Assembly: GCA_964291295.2 (NCBI GenBank)
Contig: OZ219754.1
Coordinates: forward strand, 3,456,001-3,520,000
Length of the DNA: 64,000 bases
Direction: 5' to 3'
Source of the DNA: an uncultured Candidatus Binatia bacterium
Lineage (GTDB): Bacteria; Desulfobacterota; Binatia; UBA9968; JAJDTQ01
Shown: positions 41,064 through 52,800 of the stretch, in pieces
Position numbering within the stretch: the stretch's first letter is position 1
Layout of the letters: each line of letters starts with the position of its first letter
The notes under the pieces: generated by a model
Seen by the model: the letters and a program-made list of their open reading frames with translations, nothing else
Told to the model about the DNA's origin: nothing
Database searches by the model: none
Made by a program: the position numbers and the translations under genes

Positions 41064-41693
41064 CTATTCGAACTCGCAGGGTATCTGCTCGGGTCCGTAC
41101 CCCTGCCAGTACTTGCAGGTTCGCGGGTCGTATCGGCCCTGGAGGAAGCCGCCGGGCTTCTCGGCGCGCACGATGATGGCGACGGTACGCTCTTCACCGC
41201 TCTCCTCGGCGTGAATCTGCCACGGGCGCACGAGGTCGATCTTGCCCGGTCCCACCTGCGCGTTCTCGGTCTTCCGGACCTCCGCATAGTCGGGCCTGGA
41301 GCCGTCATCCAGCCGCTCGTAGCGCTCTATGGTCTCGCGGCCGTCCAGCACTCCGTAAAGGGTCCAGTTGTGCGCGTGGTCGTGGATGCTGGTGCGGGTT
41401 CCCGGCGCCTTGACCAGCCCGTTGATGACAAATCCATGGTCGGGGTCCTCATACAGGAGAAGGTTCTGGGCCCGCGACCCGCCCTCGGACAGCCCGCCCT
41501 GATCACAGGAGGGCCACTTCTCGGACTGTGCCTTCACGCCGGGATCCTCCAGCATCTCCGCCAGAAGGGACCCCATCTTCTGCCAGCGCCTGTCCGGGTC
41601 CGGCTCGTCCGCATGGAGTTGGCGGGCGGCCGCGATGAACCGACTGGCGGCCGACGGCTCCGTTTCCCGGGTCGGCATGGGACGTGCGCTCAT
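41064..41693 (-). CDS. Cupin/cysteine-dioxygenase-like protein
   Basis: GGAGGAG SD; SIHDHAHNWTLYGVL and WQIHAE His motifs. Confidence 0.72.
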   Translation of the reverse strand: MSARPMPTRETEPSAASRFIAAARQLHADEPDPDRRWQKMGSLLAEMLEDPGVKAQSEKWPSCDQGGLSEGGSRAQNLLLYEDPDHGFVINGLVKAPGTRTSIHDHAHNWTLYGVLDGRETIERYERLDDGSRPDYAEVRKTENAQVGPGKIDLVRPWQIHAEESGEERTVAIIVRAEKPGGFLQGRYDPRTCKYWQGYGPEQIPCEFE

Positions 41694-41772
41694 GGTATCT
41701 CCTCCCTTTGGCTGTGGCTTGCGTTCAAGGGCTGCCCAAATCGTGGACAGTATCCAGGGAACGGGAGCCCTG

Positions 41773-42699
41773 TCAACCGGATATGACACCTTTGACCAGC
41801 CGTACCCGGCTGGTGTCGCGCAACTCGTCGAACCGCTCCCGTTCCACCGCGAAGTAGTAGGGGTACGCGGAACTCTTGAGGATGTAGTGATCGCCTTGCT
41901 CCGGCGCCGCCACCCTGTGCCGGATGGTCGTTCCCGCCCTGGTCTCGATGAGGTACTCGAAGATGAGCCTTCCGGCGGCGAAGCGCGCCTTGCCGTCTTT
42001 TGAAAGCACATCCTCGAAGCCGACGTCCGCCACGCGGTCCACGAGCCGCCGCACCGGTTCGGCATCGGTCTCCTCGTTTTCCCGCAGCCTTTCGACCTGG
42101 AAACCGTCATCCCCGGCCTTCAACGCATAGGCCCCCAGATCGATGCGGGCGATGTCCTCCACGGGAGTCTTCAGGATTTCCATGTCATACCAGGCCTCCG
42201 CTTTCGGCGGGGCGTCGAAGGCGTTGAAATCGATGGCGTACGTATGATCGTCGCCGTCGAGACGGGCGTGCACCTTCCGGAATCCCGGCGATGAGCCGAG
42301 GAAGAGGTCGCCGAGGACATCCTTGCCCTTGAGAAACCGCACCCGCCGCTCGTAGTGGTCCGCAGCCACCTTGAACTGTCTGGCCGCGACCCGGGTCCTG
42401 CCCACCGGCCAGGACCGCCTGACCCCCAGCAGCTTCTCGGCAAACTGTTCGAACTTCACGGCGGAGACCGGAAAGTCGCCCTTCCCGGGCAGAACCCAGG
42501 CGCCGTCTTTCCGCGCCAACCGCAACGGCGTTCCCGTCATCTCCTCGATGGTCACGGTATCGGCGCTCTCGAGGTCGAGGGCGAGCAGCGGCGTATCCGC
42601 CTCGAAAGCGCCGGGGTCGTCTCCCCGCAGGTTCACCCCGGCCACCAGACCCGCCTGCAGCACCAGCAACAGCAACAGGAGCTTGATGGATCGGCTCAT
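41773..42699 (-). CDS. DUF4340 domain protein (Gld-type ABC accessory)
   Basis: N-terminal TM; LFLGSSPGFRKVHAR; last gene of the Gld-like ABC operon. Confidence 0.8.
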   Translation of the reverse strand: MSRSIKLLLLLLVLQAGLVAGVNLRGDDPGAFEADTPLLALDLESADTVTIEEMTGTPLRLARKDGAWVLPGKGDFPVSAVKFEQFAEKLLGVRRSWPVGRTRVAARQFKVAADHYERRVRFLKGKDVLGDLFLGSSPGFRKVHARLDGDDHTYAIDFNAFDAPPKAEAWYDMEILKTPVEDIARIDLGAYALKAGDDGFQVERLRENEETDAEPVRRLVDRVADVGFEDVLSKDGKARFAAGRLIFEYLIETRAGTTIRHRVAAPEQGDHYILKSSAYPYYFAVERERFDELRDTSRVRLVKGVISG

Positions 42700-42755
42700 G
42701 CAAACACCTTCCATTCAGGCCCCTCCTTCGGCCACGTTGCCCGATGAGAGGGGCT

Positions 42756-45665
42756 CTATCGGGCCGCCAGCATCCTCTGGCAGCGATTCCGCAGGCGGCG
42801 CTGATGATAACGGTGTGCTCCGTAGATACAAACCAGGCCCATGAGCACGATGCCGTAGTTGAAGTATTCCCAGAAGGCCTTCCGCTCACGGGTCATGGGC
42901 ACCAAGGTTCGCGCAAAATGGGCCCGGCTCCGGATGGACAGCAGCGCACGGTCTTCCAAGGCCCAGTCCACGGCGTTCTCCAGGAACTGCAGCGAGTTGA
43001 CGAAACGGTCGTTGGCCGCGGCACGGGAGAGCTGCAGTGTCTGGTCGGTGAACGCCTCGTTGGAACCGATGAGGATGATACGGGCGGATTCCGGCGACTT
43101 CTCGATCATTCCCGTCACCACCGGCTGCTCCGCCGCCGTCTCTCCCACCCCCTCGCCCGTCTCCGGCGGCGGTCTCTCTGCGCTGTCGTCCTTGGCCAAC
43201 AACGGCGAATCCTTGCCGGCGTAGTAGGAACGGAAGGTGCCCTCCACCACCGCCGCCAGCACCTGACGCCGGGACGACCCCTCTTTCTGGAAACCCAGCT
43301 CAGGATGCACCCTGAAGTCGGGATGCACCTTCAGGGAACTCGACGTCCAGGACGTGTCGGAACTCGCCAGCAGCGGCGTCGCGACCCTGACCCCGGCCTC
43401 GTCATCCGGCAGTGTCAACGGCGAAGCCCAGCTCATGGTCAACTGCGGCAACCTGGCGGTAATCGGGTTTTCCCGGTTGAGGCCCGCCCCTCTGACGTCC
43501 ACGAAATACGGGTACGGCACGAGTTGCAGCTCCCGGACCGCGACATTGCCCGCCCTCCTGTTTACGAACACCGGGAAGGGTTCGTTCTGCGGATCCAGCA
43601 CCAGGCTCTTCTGCAACGTCACACCATAGTGCTCCAGCAGCGGTTCGAGACCCGACGTGTGCCGGGCGGCGGCCAGGCCGGCGGGAGTGCGACGGACCGT
43701 GTAGGGCGAAGTCATGACGGTCACGGAACCGCCCTGCATGAGGAACTGATCCACGGCAAACCGCTGCTCCGGCGTCAGTTCCCCGGGCGCCGCGAGTACC
43801 AGCAGGTCGACGTATTCCGGCACCAGACCGGACTTCAGGTCCACGTCGGCGACGCGATAGTTTTCCCGCAGCTTCTGCCGCAGAAACCGGAACCGCCTGG
43901 GCGGCGGTTGGGGCGATACGCCCGGCTGCCGCGGCTCCGGCGGCGGGGTGTGGAACCCGATGGTCTTGATGAACCCGGGAGCGAGTCTCTGGAGCGCCGA
44001 CTCCACGCTCCGCCGCGCGTCCTCCTGGTTCAGCTTCCCGGGAAGGGGCACCTGCACCGTGCGGCCGCTGTGCTTCATGACCATGTAGAAATAGAAGCGT
44101 TGCGAATCGAGGGGTCCGGCCGCCATGGGACGGAAGCCGTACCGGTCGGCAAGCTGCCTGGCCACCGCGGCGCCCTGGGCCTCGGGATCGACGAGTTCGT
44201 AACGGAACTTTCCTGCCGACTCCTTGCGGAGTTCCCGCAGCACCCCCAGCAAGTGCCGCTTGAAGGCCACGATGGACTCCGGCAGCTTTTCTTCCAGCGA
44301 GACGTATCCTCGAAACTCCACCGGCTGATCGATTCCGGCAAAGAGCGTCCCGACGTCCTGGAAGCCGTACAGTACCTTCTTCATGCTCCGGGCGAGGTCG
44401 TACTCGAGGTTCCGCAGGCGCACCCGGGTGCCGGTTTGCCCACCCCTGATCTCGATCAGATCGGTGAACCGCAGTACTTCGTGCTTGTCGCCGTACTGGA
44501 GGAGGATGTCGAAGTAGGAGTGCACCAAGGATGTCTGGTACCGGTCGGCGGTCCGGAACGGAACCGGACGGATGTTGTAGCGCTGGTTGGCCTCCTCCTC
44601 GAGGTCGGGCTCCTCGCGCGGGTCCACGAACTCGGCGCGCACCCGGCCGCCGCTGATGGACTCGATCTCGCGGATGGTATCGCGGATGCGGGGCACCAGC
44701 GAGGCCAGCACCGGATGGGTCCGGGCGCTGAAATAGCCCCGGATGAGCAACGGCTCCCGCAGTTGGGCCATGAGGTCCCGAGTTGCCCGGGAGATGGTGT
44801 AGTCCTTTCGTCCGGTGAGGTCCGCGCGCACGGTCACGCCGCGATGGAGCCAGAAATTCACCAGGACGAAGTTGAGAATGACCAGAACCGTCACGGTCCG
44901 CCATGCACGGTGGCGTGACTTCTGGCCTTCCCTCGACCATCGGAGCCGTTCCAGGGAAAAGACGTTCAGGGTGAGAAAGACGCCCGTCAAGCTCATGTAG
45001 TAACAGACGTCCCGCAGATCCAGAATGCCCCGGGTGATGGACTCGAAGCGCACGCCCGTGGCCGCCAGACCCAGATATTCGGCCCAGGGGCTGCCCACCA
45101 GGGACCCTGCCGTGAGCGAGCCCGGCAGATAGAACAGAAAGCCGATCACGGTGGTGAGAATAAGGCTCGCGATCTGGCTCTCGTTCCGGGCGCTGATGTA
45201 GAGGCCCATGGAGCAATAGGCGGCCGCCAGCAGCAATGAGGCCATGTAGGCTCCCAGCACCGGGCCCCAGTCGAACTCCCCCATGAAGGAAACGGAGACC
45301 GGGACTGCCGCCGTCAGTGCCAGCGCGATGGCCACCAGCCCGAGACACGCCAGGAACTTGCCGAGCACGAGATGGAGCGTCCTGACGGGCATGGTGAAGA
45401 GGAACTCGAGAGTCTCCATGCGACGCTCTTCGCTCCACATCTTCATGGTCAGGGCCGCGCTGAGAAAGATCAGCAGGATCGGCATCCACTCGAACAACGG
45501 CCTCGCGTCGACGATGTTGCGCGCGAAGAATTGCTCGACCCAGAAGAAGATGAACAGGCACACGGCCGAGAACGTCCCCAGGAATATGAAGGCCACCGGC
45601 GATGAGAAGAAGGCGGAAAATTCCTTCCTCGCGATGCTCCAGATGCTACCCGCCATGACGGCCAT
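42756..45665 (-). CDS. GldF-GldG-like fused ABC permease/auxiliary protein
   Basis: ARKEFSAFFSSPVAF, TMKMWSEERR, DLTGRKDYTIS, DQFLMQGG. Confidence 0.88.
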   Translation of the reverse strand: MAVMAGSIWSIARKEFSAFFSSPVAFIFLGTFSAVCLFIFFWVEQFFARNIVDARPLFEWMPILLIFLSAALTMKMWSEERRMETLEFLFTMPVRTLHLVLGKFLACLGLVAIALALTAAVPVSVSFMGEFDWGPVLGAYMASLLLAAAYCSMGLYISARNESQIASLILTTVIGFLFYLPGSLTAGSLVGSPWAEYLGLAATGVRFESITRGILDLRDVCYYMSLTGVFLTLNVFSLERLRWSREGQKSRHRAWRTVTVLVILNFVLVNFWLHRGVTVRADLTGRKDYTISRATRDLMAQLREPLLIRGYFSARTHPVLASLVPRIRDTIREIESISGGRVRAEFVDPREEPDLEEEANQRYNIRPVPFRTADRYQTSLVHSYFDILLQYGDKHEVLRFTDLIEIRGGQTGTRVRLRNLEYDLARSMKKVLYGFQDVGTLFAGIDQPVEFRGYVSLEEKLPESIVAFKRHLLGVLRELRKESAGKFRYELVDPEAQGAAVARQLADRYGFRPMAAGPLDSQRFYFYMVMKHSGRTVQVPLPGKLNQEDARRSVESALQRLAPGFIKTIGFHTPPPEPRQPGVSPQPPPRRFRFLRQKLRENYRVADVDLKSGLVPEYVDLLVLAAPGELTPEQRFAVDQFLMQGGSVTVMTSPYTVRRTPAGLAAARHTSGLEPLLEHYGVTLQKSLVLDPQNEPFPVFVNRRAGNVAVRELQLVPYPYFVDVRGAGLNRENPITARLPQLTMSWASPLTLPDDEAGVRVATPLLASSDTSWTSSSLKVHPDFRVHPELGFQKEGSSRRQVLAAVVEGTFRSYYAGKDSPLLAKDDSAERPPPETGEGVGETAAEQPVVTGMIEKSPESARIILIGSNEAFTDQTLQLSRAAANDRFVNSLQFLENAVDWALEDRALLSIRSRAHFARTLVPMTRERKAFWEYFNYGIVLMGLVCIYGAHRYHQRRLRNRCQRMLAAR

Positions 45666-46578
45666 TCTCCCCCACCTCGCGGAACACGGTCTCCAGGGTC
45701 CGTGCCTCCTCGCTCATGCGATAGAGGTTCCAGCCCCGTTCCACGGCTTCCTTGGCGACGCTGGGGGCCACCTTGTTCATGGCAACGTCGAACTCCAGGC
45801 GGTAGCACCCCCCGCGCGGCTCCTGCACCGGTACGACGGCGACCACTCCCGGGATCTGCCGGAGCCGTTCGGCCGCGTCGTCCGACGGATTCCCGAGCCC
45901 CACCACCAGTCGATGGGACTCCTGCAACTCGCTCAGCCGGGCATCCACCGCGATGCGCCCCTGCACCATGATGATCACCCGTTCGCAGACGGCCTCCACT
46001 TCCTGAAGGATGTGCGTGGAAACGATGATCGTGGCGTTCCGGCTCAAATCGCCGACCAGCGACCGCATCTGGAATATCTGCGCGGGATCCAGACCGTTGG
46101 TGGGCTCGTCGAGGATCAGGATCTCCGGCTCGTGCACGATGGCCTGGGCAACTCCCAGCCGCTGCCGGTAGCCCTTCGACAGCGTGCTCACAGGATCCAG
46201 CGCCCGGTCCGCCAGCCAAGTCCGCTCCAGTGCCCACCGCAGCGACGCCGGCCGACGAGAACGTGGAATCCCGCGCAGGTCGGCCACGTGCTCAAGGTAG
46301 CGCATCACCGACATGTCCGGATAGAGCGGCGCGTTCTCGGACAGATAACCGATCCTGCGCTGGATGCTCAGCCGCTCCTCGGCAAGCTCCATGCCGTCGA
46401 TCATCACCGACCCCGCGGTAGGCTCGATGTACCCGGTGAGCATCCGCATGATGGTGGTCTTCCCGGCGCCGTTGTGTCCCAGGAGACCGACGACCTCCGC
46501 CCTCCCGATGGAAAAGGAGACGTTGTCCACCGCCACCAGATCGCCATACTTTCGGGTAAGACCCTCGACCTCGATCAA
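45646..46578 (-). CDS. GldA-like ABC transporter ATPase
   Basis: GHNGAGKTT, LSKGYRQR, ILDEPTNGLDP. Confidence 0.93.
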   Translation of the reverse strand: MIEVEGLTRKYGDLVAVDNVSFSIGRAEVVGLLGHNGAGKTTIMRMLTGYIEPTAGSVMIDGMELAEERLSIQRRIGYLSENAPLYPDMSVMRYLEHVADLRGIPRSRRPASLRWALERTWLADRALDPVSTLSKGYRQRLGVAQAIVHEPEILILDEPTNGLDPAQIFQMRSLVGDLSRNATIIVSTHILQEVEAVCERVIIMVQGRIAVDARLSELQESHRLVVGLGNPSDDAAERLRQIPGVVAVVPVQEPRGGCYRLEFDVAMNKVAPSVAKEAVERGWNLYRMSEEARTLETVFREVGENGRHGG

Positions 46579-46759
46579 GCTGCATCCTCCCACTGTTCTG
46601 GGCCATGTTCAGGGGCTCGGGGCGAAACGGGGAAACTCAACGAGAAAGTTTCTAACAGATACGGTGAGGCGGTGCGAATCGAGACTCGACAGGCGTCGAT
46701 CTGACGGCTGTTCCCGCTGTCGAACTCTCGTGAAGCGGAGTCGGGTGCGGCACGCGTGA

Positions 46760-47362
46760 AGCCAGGCCAACGCCAGGATCGCGTATCGGGCCGCGGGCGC
46801 CGGCCTTGGAGGAGACGAAGAGTTGCCCAGGCTCGACATCAGAGAAGGGAGCCGCCGGGCGGTCTCGGAGATCGAAGACGATCACATCCGCCATGCGCTC
46901 GTGACAACTCTGTCGGAGCTGCTGCGCGAGCAGAACATAACACGCCGCTACGGTAGGATGGCCCTCAAGTGACTCGACGTCTTTTCCGTGCGTGGGTTCC
47001 CAGTCGGCCCGGTGCAGGTCGAATTCGACCTGCCGGCCATCGTCAACGGCACAGATTCCAGCGCTGACTCCGGCGGCTGGACGCACATCGCGGAGAAGTA
47101 CGTCAAGGCGAAGCGCGATGGCGCCGCTGCCTGCGAAGTCCGGCAGATCGAATCGGGCGAAACCCGGGGTTCCGCTGCAGGCGAACACGTCGCCGAACGC
47201 CTCAAGGCGGCCGCCGCGGTGTCTTCGCCCACTTCAGGAGTGCAACCGGGACCGCGTGTCATATCGAAGTCATCGTTCGTGCTGTCGACCCGGAGACACT
47301 TGCCTGACGACACCAACAAAGCTAAATTGCGAATTATCGGTCTGGTTGAGGGCACTCGATGA
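46760..47362 (+). pseudogene. Decayed gene of unknown family upstream of cas4/1
   Basis: One protein-like frame interrupted by TGA at 46970 (another in-frame TGA at 46757); no clear start. Confidence 0.4.
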
Positions 47363-47569
47363 GCATATCGCAGGCTCGTCCTTCAGTGAGTCGTGGGCGC
47401 CATGAGGCTCAAGCGGTAAGCACGACAGTCCGGGCAGCCGCGGCCCAGCCCCGTCGAACGGCTTGGAACCCGGCGCCAATGGATCATCCATCCCTGGAGT
47501 TGTCCCATACCGAAACGCCGCCGTGGGACGATTCCGTGTTCTGAGCACACCAACCGGCACAGCCCGCCC

Positions 47570-49306
47570 ATGAAGCCCACACACCCCCACGATCTTCACG
47601 TACCCGCACCGGCAGCGGCAGACGACCCGTTGGTTCCAGCGCGAATGGTGAACGAGTTCGTCTACTGTCCGCGTCTCGCCTATCTCATGTGGAGCCAAGC
47701 CGAGTGGGCGGAGACAGGCGACACCGTGGACGGGCGACGCGTTCATGCGCGAGTCGACCGTCCAAACGCGCCGTTGCCCGATCCAGCGGCGCTGGACGAC
47801 GACGAAGTCAAAGTGATCAGTCGATCCCTTACGCTCTCGTCGGAAGAGCTGGGTGTGATCGCAAAAATCGACATTGCCGAGGCCAAGGACGGCGTGGTGA
47901 CGCCGGTCGACTACAAGCGCGGCAAGCGGCCTCATGTGGCGCACGGCGCATACGAACCGGAACGCGTCCAGGTCTGCCTTCAGGCGTTGTTGCTCGAAGA
48001 ACACGGCTACAGGGTCGAGGAAGGCGCCATTTGGTACGCCGGGAGCCGGGAACGTGTCCGGGTTGAGCTGGATGGCGAACTGCGGCTCGCCGCCCGGGAG
48101 GCGGTGAGCCGTCTACGCCGGACCGTCGCCCAGGGCAAGCTTCCACCGCCGTTGCGGGACAGCCCGAAATGCCCGCGCTGCGCGCTCGTATCCATCTGCC
48201 TGCCTGACGAAATGCGTTCGCTCGGCGGATCGGACCTCGCGCCCCGACCCATTGCGGTCGGGAGCGACGAAGCACTGCCGTTGATCGTCCAGTCGCAGCG
48301 GGCGCGCGTCACCAAGGAAGGCGAGACCCTCAGGATCGCCGACGAGGAACAAGGTGACATCACCGTGCGGTTGAGCGAAGTATCCGACGTGGCACTGTTC
48401 GGGAACGTCTCCATCACCACGCCGGCACTTGTCACGCTCATGGACCGCGAAATCCCGGTGGCCTTCCACAGCCACGGCGGTTGGTTCCGCGGTGTCGCCC
48501 ACGGGACCGGCCACCGAAACGTCGAGGTGCGCACAGCGCAGTACCGGCGCAGCTTCGACGCGGACTACTGCCTGAGTTTCGCCCGCGACCTGGTAGCCGC
48601 CAAGATCGTGAACCAGCGAACCCTTGTGCGCCGTAACTGGCGTGGCGACCGCGACCGCCGCAAGAAAGTACTGGATCGGCTCAACGCAGCCCGAAGGTCG
48701 ACAAGGGCGGCAACCTCGATGGGCGCGCTGCTGGGGCTCGAAGGGGACTCGGCAGCCACATACTTCCGGGCATTCGCCGATCTGCTGACATCGCCAGGCA
48801 ACGACAAGTCGCAAGACGATTCGGAAGATCTGGCGCCGTTCCACTTCGACGCGCGCAACCGCCGTCCTCCGACCGATCCCGTCAACGCCATGCTGTCGTT
48901 CGGCTACGCCATGCTGACGCGGCACCTGACCGTAGCCCTCGCCACCGTTGGACTCGACCCCTATCGCGGCCTCTTCCATGCATCGCGTTACGGCAAGCCC
49001 GCGCTGTCCCTCGACATCATGGAACCGTTCCGTCCGATCGTCGCCGATTCGGTGGTGCTTTCGGCGGTGAACACCGGTGAAATATCGCCCAGCGACTTCG
49101 TGACGGCTCCTACGGGAACGTCGCTGACAAGCGCCGGGCGGCGCCGTTTCGTGGGTGCATTCGAGCGGAGACTTTCTCAGGAGACGACCCATCCGCTGTT
49201 CGGCTACCGGCTGAGCATGCGACGGTTGCTGCTGCTCCAGGCGCGCTTGTTGTGCCGCCATCTCCTGGGCGAACTGCCCAGTTATCCGCACTATCTTCCG
49301 AGGTGA
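47570..49306 (+). CDS. cas4/cas1: CRISPR-associated Cas4/Cas1 fusion (type I-G-like)
   Basis: NEFVYCPRLAYL, PVDYKRG, KCPRCALVSIC; Cas1 LGLEG, RRPPTDPVNAMLSFGY, LDIMEPFRP. Confidence 0.95.
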   Translation: MKPTHPHDLHVPAPAAADDPLVPARMVNEFVYCPRLAYLMWSQAEWAETGDTVDGRRVHARVDRPNAPLPDPAALDDDEVKVISRSLTLSSEELGVIAKIDIAEAKDGVVTPVDYKRGKRPHVAHGAYEPERVQVCLQALLLEEHGYRVEEGAIWYAGSRERVRVELDGELRLAAREAVSRLRRTVAQGKLPPPLRDSPKCPRCALVSICLPDEMRSLGGSDLAPRPIAVGSDEALPLIVQSQRARVTKEGETLRIADEEQGDITVRLSEVSDVALFGNVSITTPALVTLMDREIPVAFHSHGGWFRGVAHGTGHRNVEVRTAQYRRSFDADYCLSFARDLVAAKIVNQRTLVRRNWRGDRDRRKKVLDRLNAARRSTRAATSMGALLGLEGDSAATYFRAFADLLTSPGNDKSQDDSEDLAPFHFDARNRRPPTDPVNAMLSFGYAMLTRHLTVALATVGLDPYRGLFHASRYGKPALSLDIMEPFRPIVADSVVLSAVNTGEISPSDFVTAPTGTSLTSAGRRRFVGAFERRLSQETTHPLFGYRLSMRRLLLLQARLLCRHLLGELPSYPHYLPR

Positions 49307-49319
49307 ACGGTGGCGCACC

Positions 49320-49613
49320 ATGAGCGACGAGCGCACCTACATCGTCACCTACGACATTGCCGACAACCGGCGTTGGCGGCGCGTCTTCAAGGCCCTGCAT
49401 GGCTTCGGGGAGTGGCTCCAACTCTCGGTGTTCCAGTGTCGCCTGTCGCGCCGCCGCCGCGTCGAACTGGAAGCAAGGCTGCGCGAACTCGTCAAGGAGG
49501 GCGAAGACCACGTGTTGATCATCGACATCGGTCCGGCGGACAAGACCGATGTTGCGGTCATGAGCATCGGCAAGACGTTCTCGGCGATCGAACGCCAAGC
49601 AGTGGTTGTATGA
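49320..49613 (+). CDS. cas2: CRISPR-associated Cas2
   Basis: YIVTYDIAD.RRWRRV, WLQLSVFQC. Confidence 0.96.
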   Translation: MSDERTYIVTYDIADNRRWRRVFKALHGFGEWLQLSVFQCRLSRRRRVELEARLRELVKEGEDHVLIIDIGPADKTDVAVMSIGKTFSAIERQAVVV

Positions 49614-49876
49614 TGGCACAGTCGAGTCAAAGTGCCGGAGGTTCAACAGGCGCCCCGGAAAACAGACCTTGCCTGTCCGCCGAGTCGATTCGAGCGGCGA
49701 GGCAACGCAGAAACACCCGGAGTCGCTCGAACCTGCGCATCCTGTTGATTTTCAAGGTTTTCGAAGCACTGACCTGGCCACGACAGCGGCCAACCGAGAC
49801 CCCTCGACCCAGCAAGTCAGGACCGCTCGAAAGCGTCCGGATTTTGCCTTGGCCAACAAAGACTTGTATAGTGACC
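49614..49876 (+). promoter_or_regulatory. CRISPR leader
   Basis: Non-coding gap between cas2 and the first repeat, with A/T-richer patches. Confidence 0.72.
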
Positions 49877-52800
49877 GTATCCGGGGCGCATGCGCCCCGG
49901 CCTCATTGAAGTGAATGTGACTGTGTCCTTGCCAAGCCCGCACCGCGCAGTATCCGGGGCGCATGCGCCCCGGCCTCATTGAAGTATCCTGTTAACGCTG
50001 CTCATCTCGCTGCTCCTTTCCCGTATCCGGGGCGCATGCGCCCCGGCCTCATTGAAGTCGGCTACTCATCGCTACTCCTCCCTAGGGTTAAGGGGTATCC
50101 GGGGCGCATGCGCCCCGGCCTCATTGAAGTATCCTGTTAATCGCCCTGCTCATAACGCTGCTCATCTCGCTGGTATCCGGGGCGCATGCGCCCCGGCCTC
50201 ATTGAAGTGTCCCAGAGAAGGTGTTGAGGCTAAGTGCATTGGCATCGTATCCGGGGCGCATGCGCCCCGGCCTCATTGAAGTATGATCAATATCACAATA
50301 CGCCTGTGCATCGCTACCCCGTATCCGGGGCGCATGCGCCCCGGCCTCATTGAAGTGCCGTGGCGGTTGCATTCGCGCTGCAACCGCGTGTTGTATCCGG
50401 GGCGCATGCGCCCCGGCCTCATTGAAGTCAACTCTGCCGGGCAAATTATTCCGGGGAGCGATCCACGTATCCGGGGCGCATGCGCCCCGGCCTCATTGAA
50501 GTACATAGCCAGCCGGCATCAACAACACCGTCCCGAACGTATCCGGGGCGCATGCGCCCCGGCCTCATTGAAGTGAGGTTTCGGCCAAAGCGCCAACGAC
50601 CAGCGACAAGTATCCGGGGCGCATGCGCCCCGGCCTCATTGAAGTGTCTCGCCAAGCCGCGTCGATGGCGGCACGGTTCCGGTATCCGGGGCGCATGCGC
50701 CCCGGCCTCATTGAAGTAATTTGACGAACCCGGTTGGACAGCCCGCTTTTGACTTGTATCCGGGGCGCATGCGCCCCGGCCTCATTGAAGTGACGACTAT
50801 CTGGAGGAGCGCGGGCGGGACTCCGCGCGTATCCGGGGCGCATGCGCCCCGGCCTCATTGAAGTAGCCTCAGCCTGTTCGCCATCCATGGAGATTATGGT
50901 GTATCCGGGGCGCATGCGCCCCGGCCTCATTGAAGTGACGACTCTTCGCAAAAGGACAGGACCAGGCACCAGTATCCGGGGCGCATGCGCCCCGGCCTCA
51001 TTGAAGTAGTCCAGACCAGTCCAGACCTAACCCCTAGTTAAGTGTATCCGGGGCGCATGCGCCCCGGCCTCATTGAAGTGGTCTTGACCAGGCCCGGCAC
51101 CAGTTCCTTGAGCAGAGTATCCGGGGCGCATGCGCCCCGGCCTCATTGAAGTGCCGTCCTGCGGATATTCTCGACGTTCATGCGTCCCTGTATCCGGGGC
51201 GCATGCGCCCCGGCCTCATTGAAGTTCGAGCTGCGGCGAGAACGAGGCTGGACCGAAGATGAGTATCCGGGGCGCATGCGCCCCGGCCTCATTGAAGTGA
51301 CCGGTTCCTGAAGTGGAGGAAAACGGGGCTTCCGGCAGTATCCGGGGCGCATGCGCCCCGGCCTCATTGAAGTCCGTCACGTCGCCGGGTGATGTACTCA
51401 CGGTCAGGTTGTATCCGGGGCGCATGCGCCCCGGCCTCATTGAAGTTCCACGACCGCCTTCGAGGACCCTTCACTGAGGCCCAGGAGTATCCGGGGCGCA
51501 TGCGCCCCGGCCTCATTGAAGTGGAGGAGCGGAGGATGATCGCGCTCATCCACTACTGGTATCCGGGGCGCATGCGCCCCGGCCTCATTGAAGTGCCCCT
51601 CCCCTGGTGTCCCCCGGTCACGAATCCGGGGTATCCGGGGCGCATGCGCCCCGGCCTCATTGAAGTGCGCCTTGAGCTTGCCGCGCGGCGGCGGCAAGTC
51701 CACGTATCCGGGGCGCATGCGCCCCGGCCTCATTGAAGTGCCGAGCTGCCGCACGGGGCGGTGATGCGTCCCCTCGTATCCGGGGCGCATGCGCCCCGGC
51801 CTCATTGAAGTGCGAGCGGCACCCGCCATAGGCCCAGCGATGTCAAGTATCCGGGGCGCATGCGCCCCGGCCTCATTGAAGTGTCAAGGATAGCCTTGAC
51901 GCGCTTCAACGTAGCGGCGGGTATCCGGGGCGCATGCGCCCCGGCCTCATTGAAGTGCGTACATCACAACTGCCATCCCAAGAAGGATGGCGTATCCGGG
52001 GCGCATGCGCCCCGGCCTCATTGAAGTAACCTACTGACCTTGGATGCCACCCCAGTGGTGGCATCGTATCCGGGGCGCATGCGCCCCGGCCTCATTGAAG
52101 TGCGTCTTGGCGGCAAGACCGCCAGAGCTCCACGAGAAGTATCCGGGGCGCATGCGCCCCGGCCTCATTGAAGTCGAGCCGCCCCCAGGGCTTGCCACCC
52201 CCGCCCACATGGTATCCGGGGCGCATGCGCCCCGGCCTCATTGAAGTGTAGACGCATCGCGTTATTGGTCATCCGGATTGAGCTGTATCCGGGGCGCATG
52301 CGCCCCGGCCTCATTGAAGTTTCAATTTTCACGGGCGCAACGGCGCGCACTTCGTCAGCCGGTATCCGGGGCGCATGCGCCCCGGCCTCATTGAAGTACC
52401 AGGGTAAGGCTGCTGGCAAATAGCTAGCCACCAAGTATCCGGGGCGCATGCGCCCCGGCCTCATTGAAGTGGGGGAAGGGTATGCCTCGTGGATCATATC
52501 CACGAGGTATCCGGGGCGCATGCGCCCCGGCCTCATTGAAGTGGGGGAAGGGTATGCCTCGTGGATCATATCCACGAGGTATCCGGGGCGCATGCGCCCC
52601 GGCCTCATTGAAGTTCTTTTCCCAAAGCTCCTGTTTCGGCCCGCGCTGGCGGGCGTATCCGGGGCGCATGCGCCCCGGCCTCATTGAAGTGTCTTGCGTA
52701 GCGCCTGCCTGTCTGACCGCCGACTCCACAGTATCCGGGGCGCATGCGCCCCGGCCTCATTGAAGTGCGAAGGCCTTGGCGGAGGGCAGCCGCTGGCCCA

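Noticed and set aside
46970-46972. Selenocysteine or readthrough at the in-frame TGA
   Set aside because: No redox motif or evident SECIS, and another in-frame stop at 46757 indicates decay
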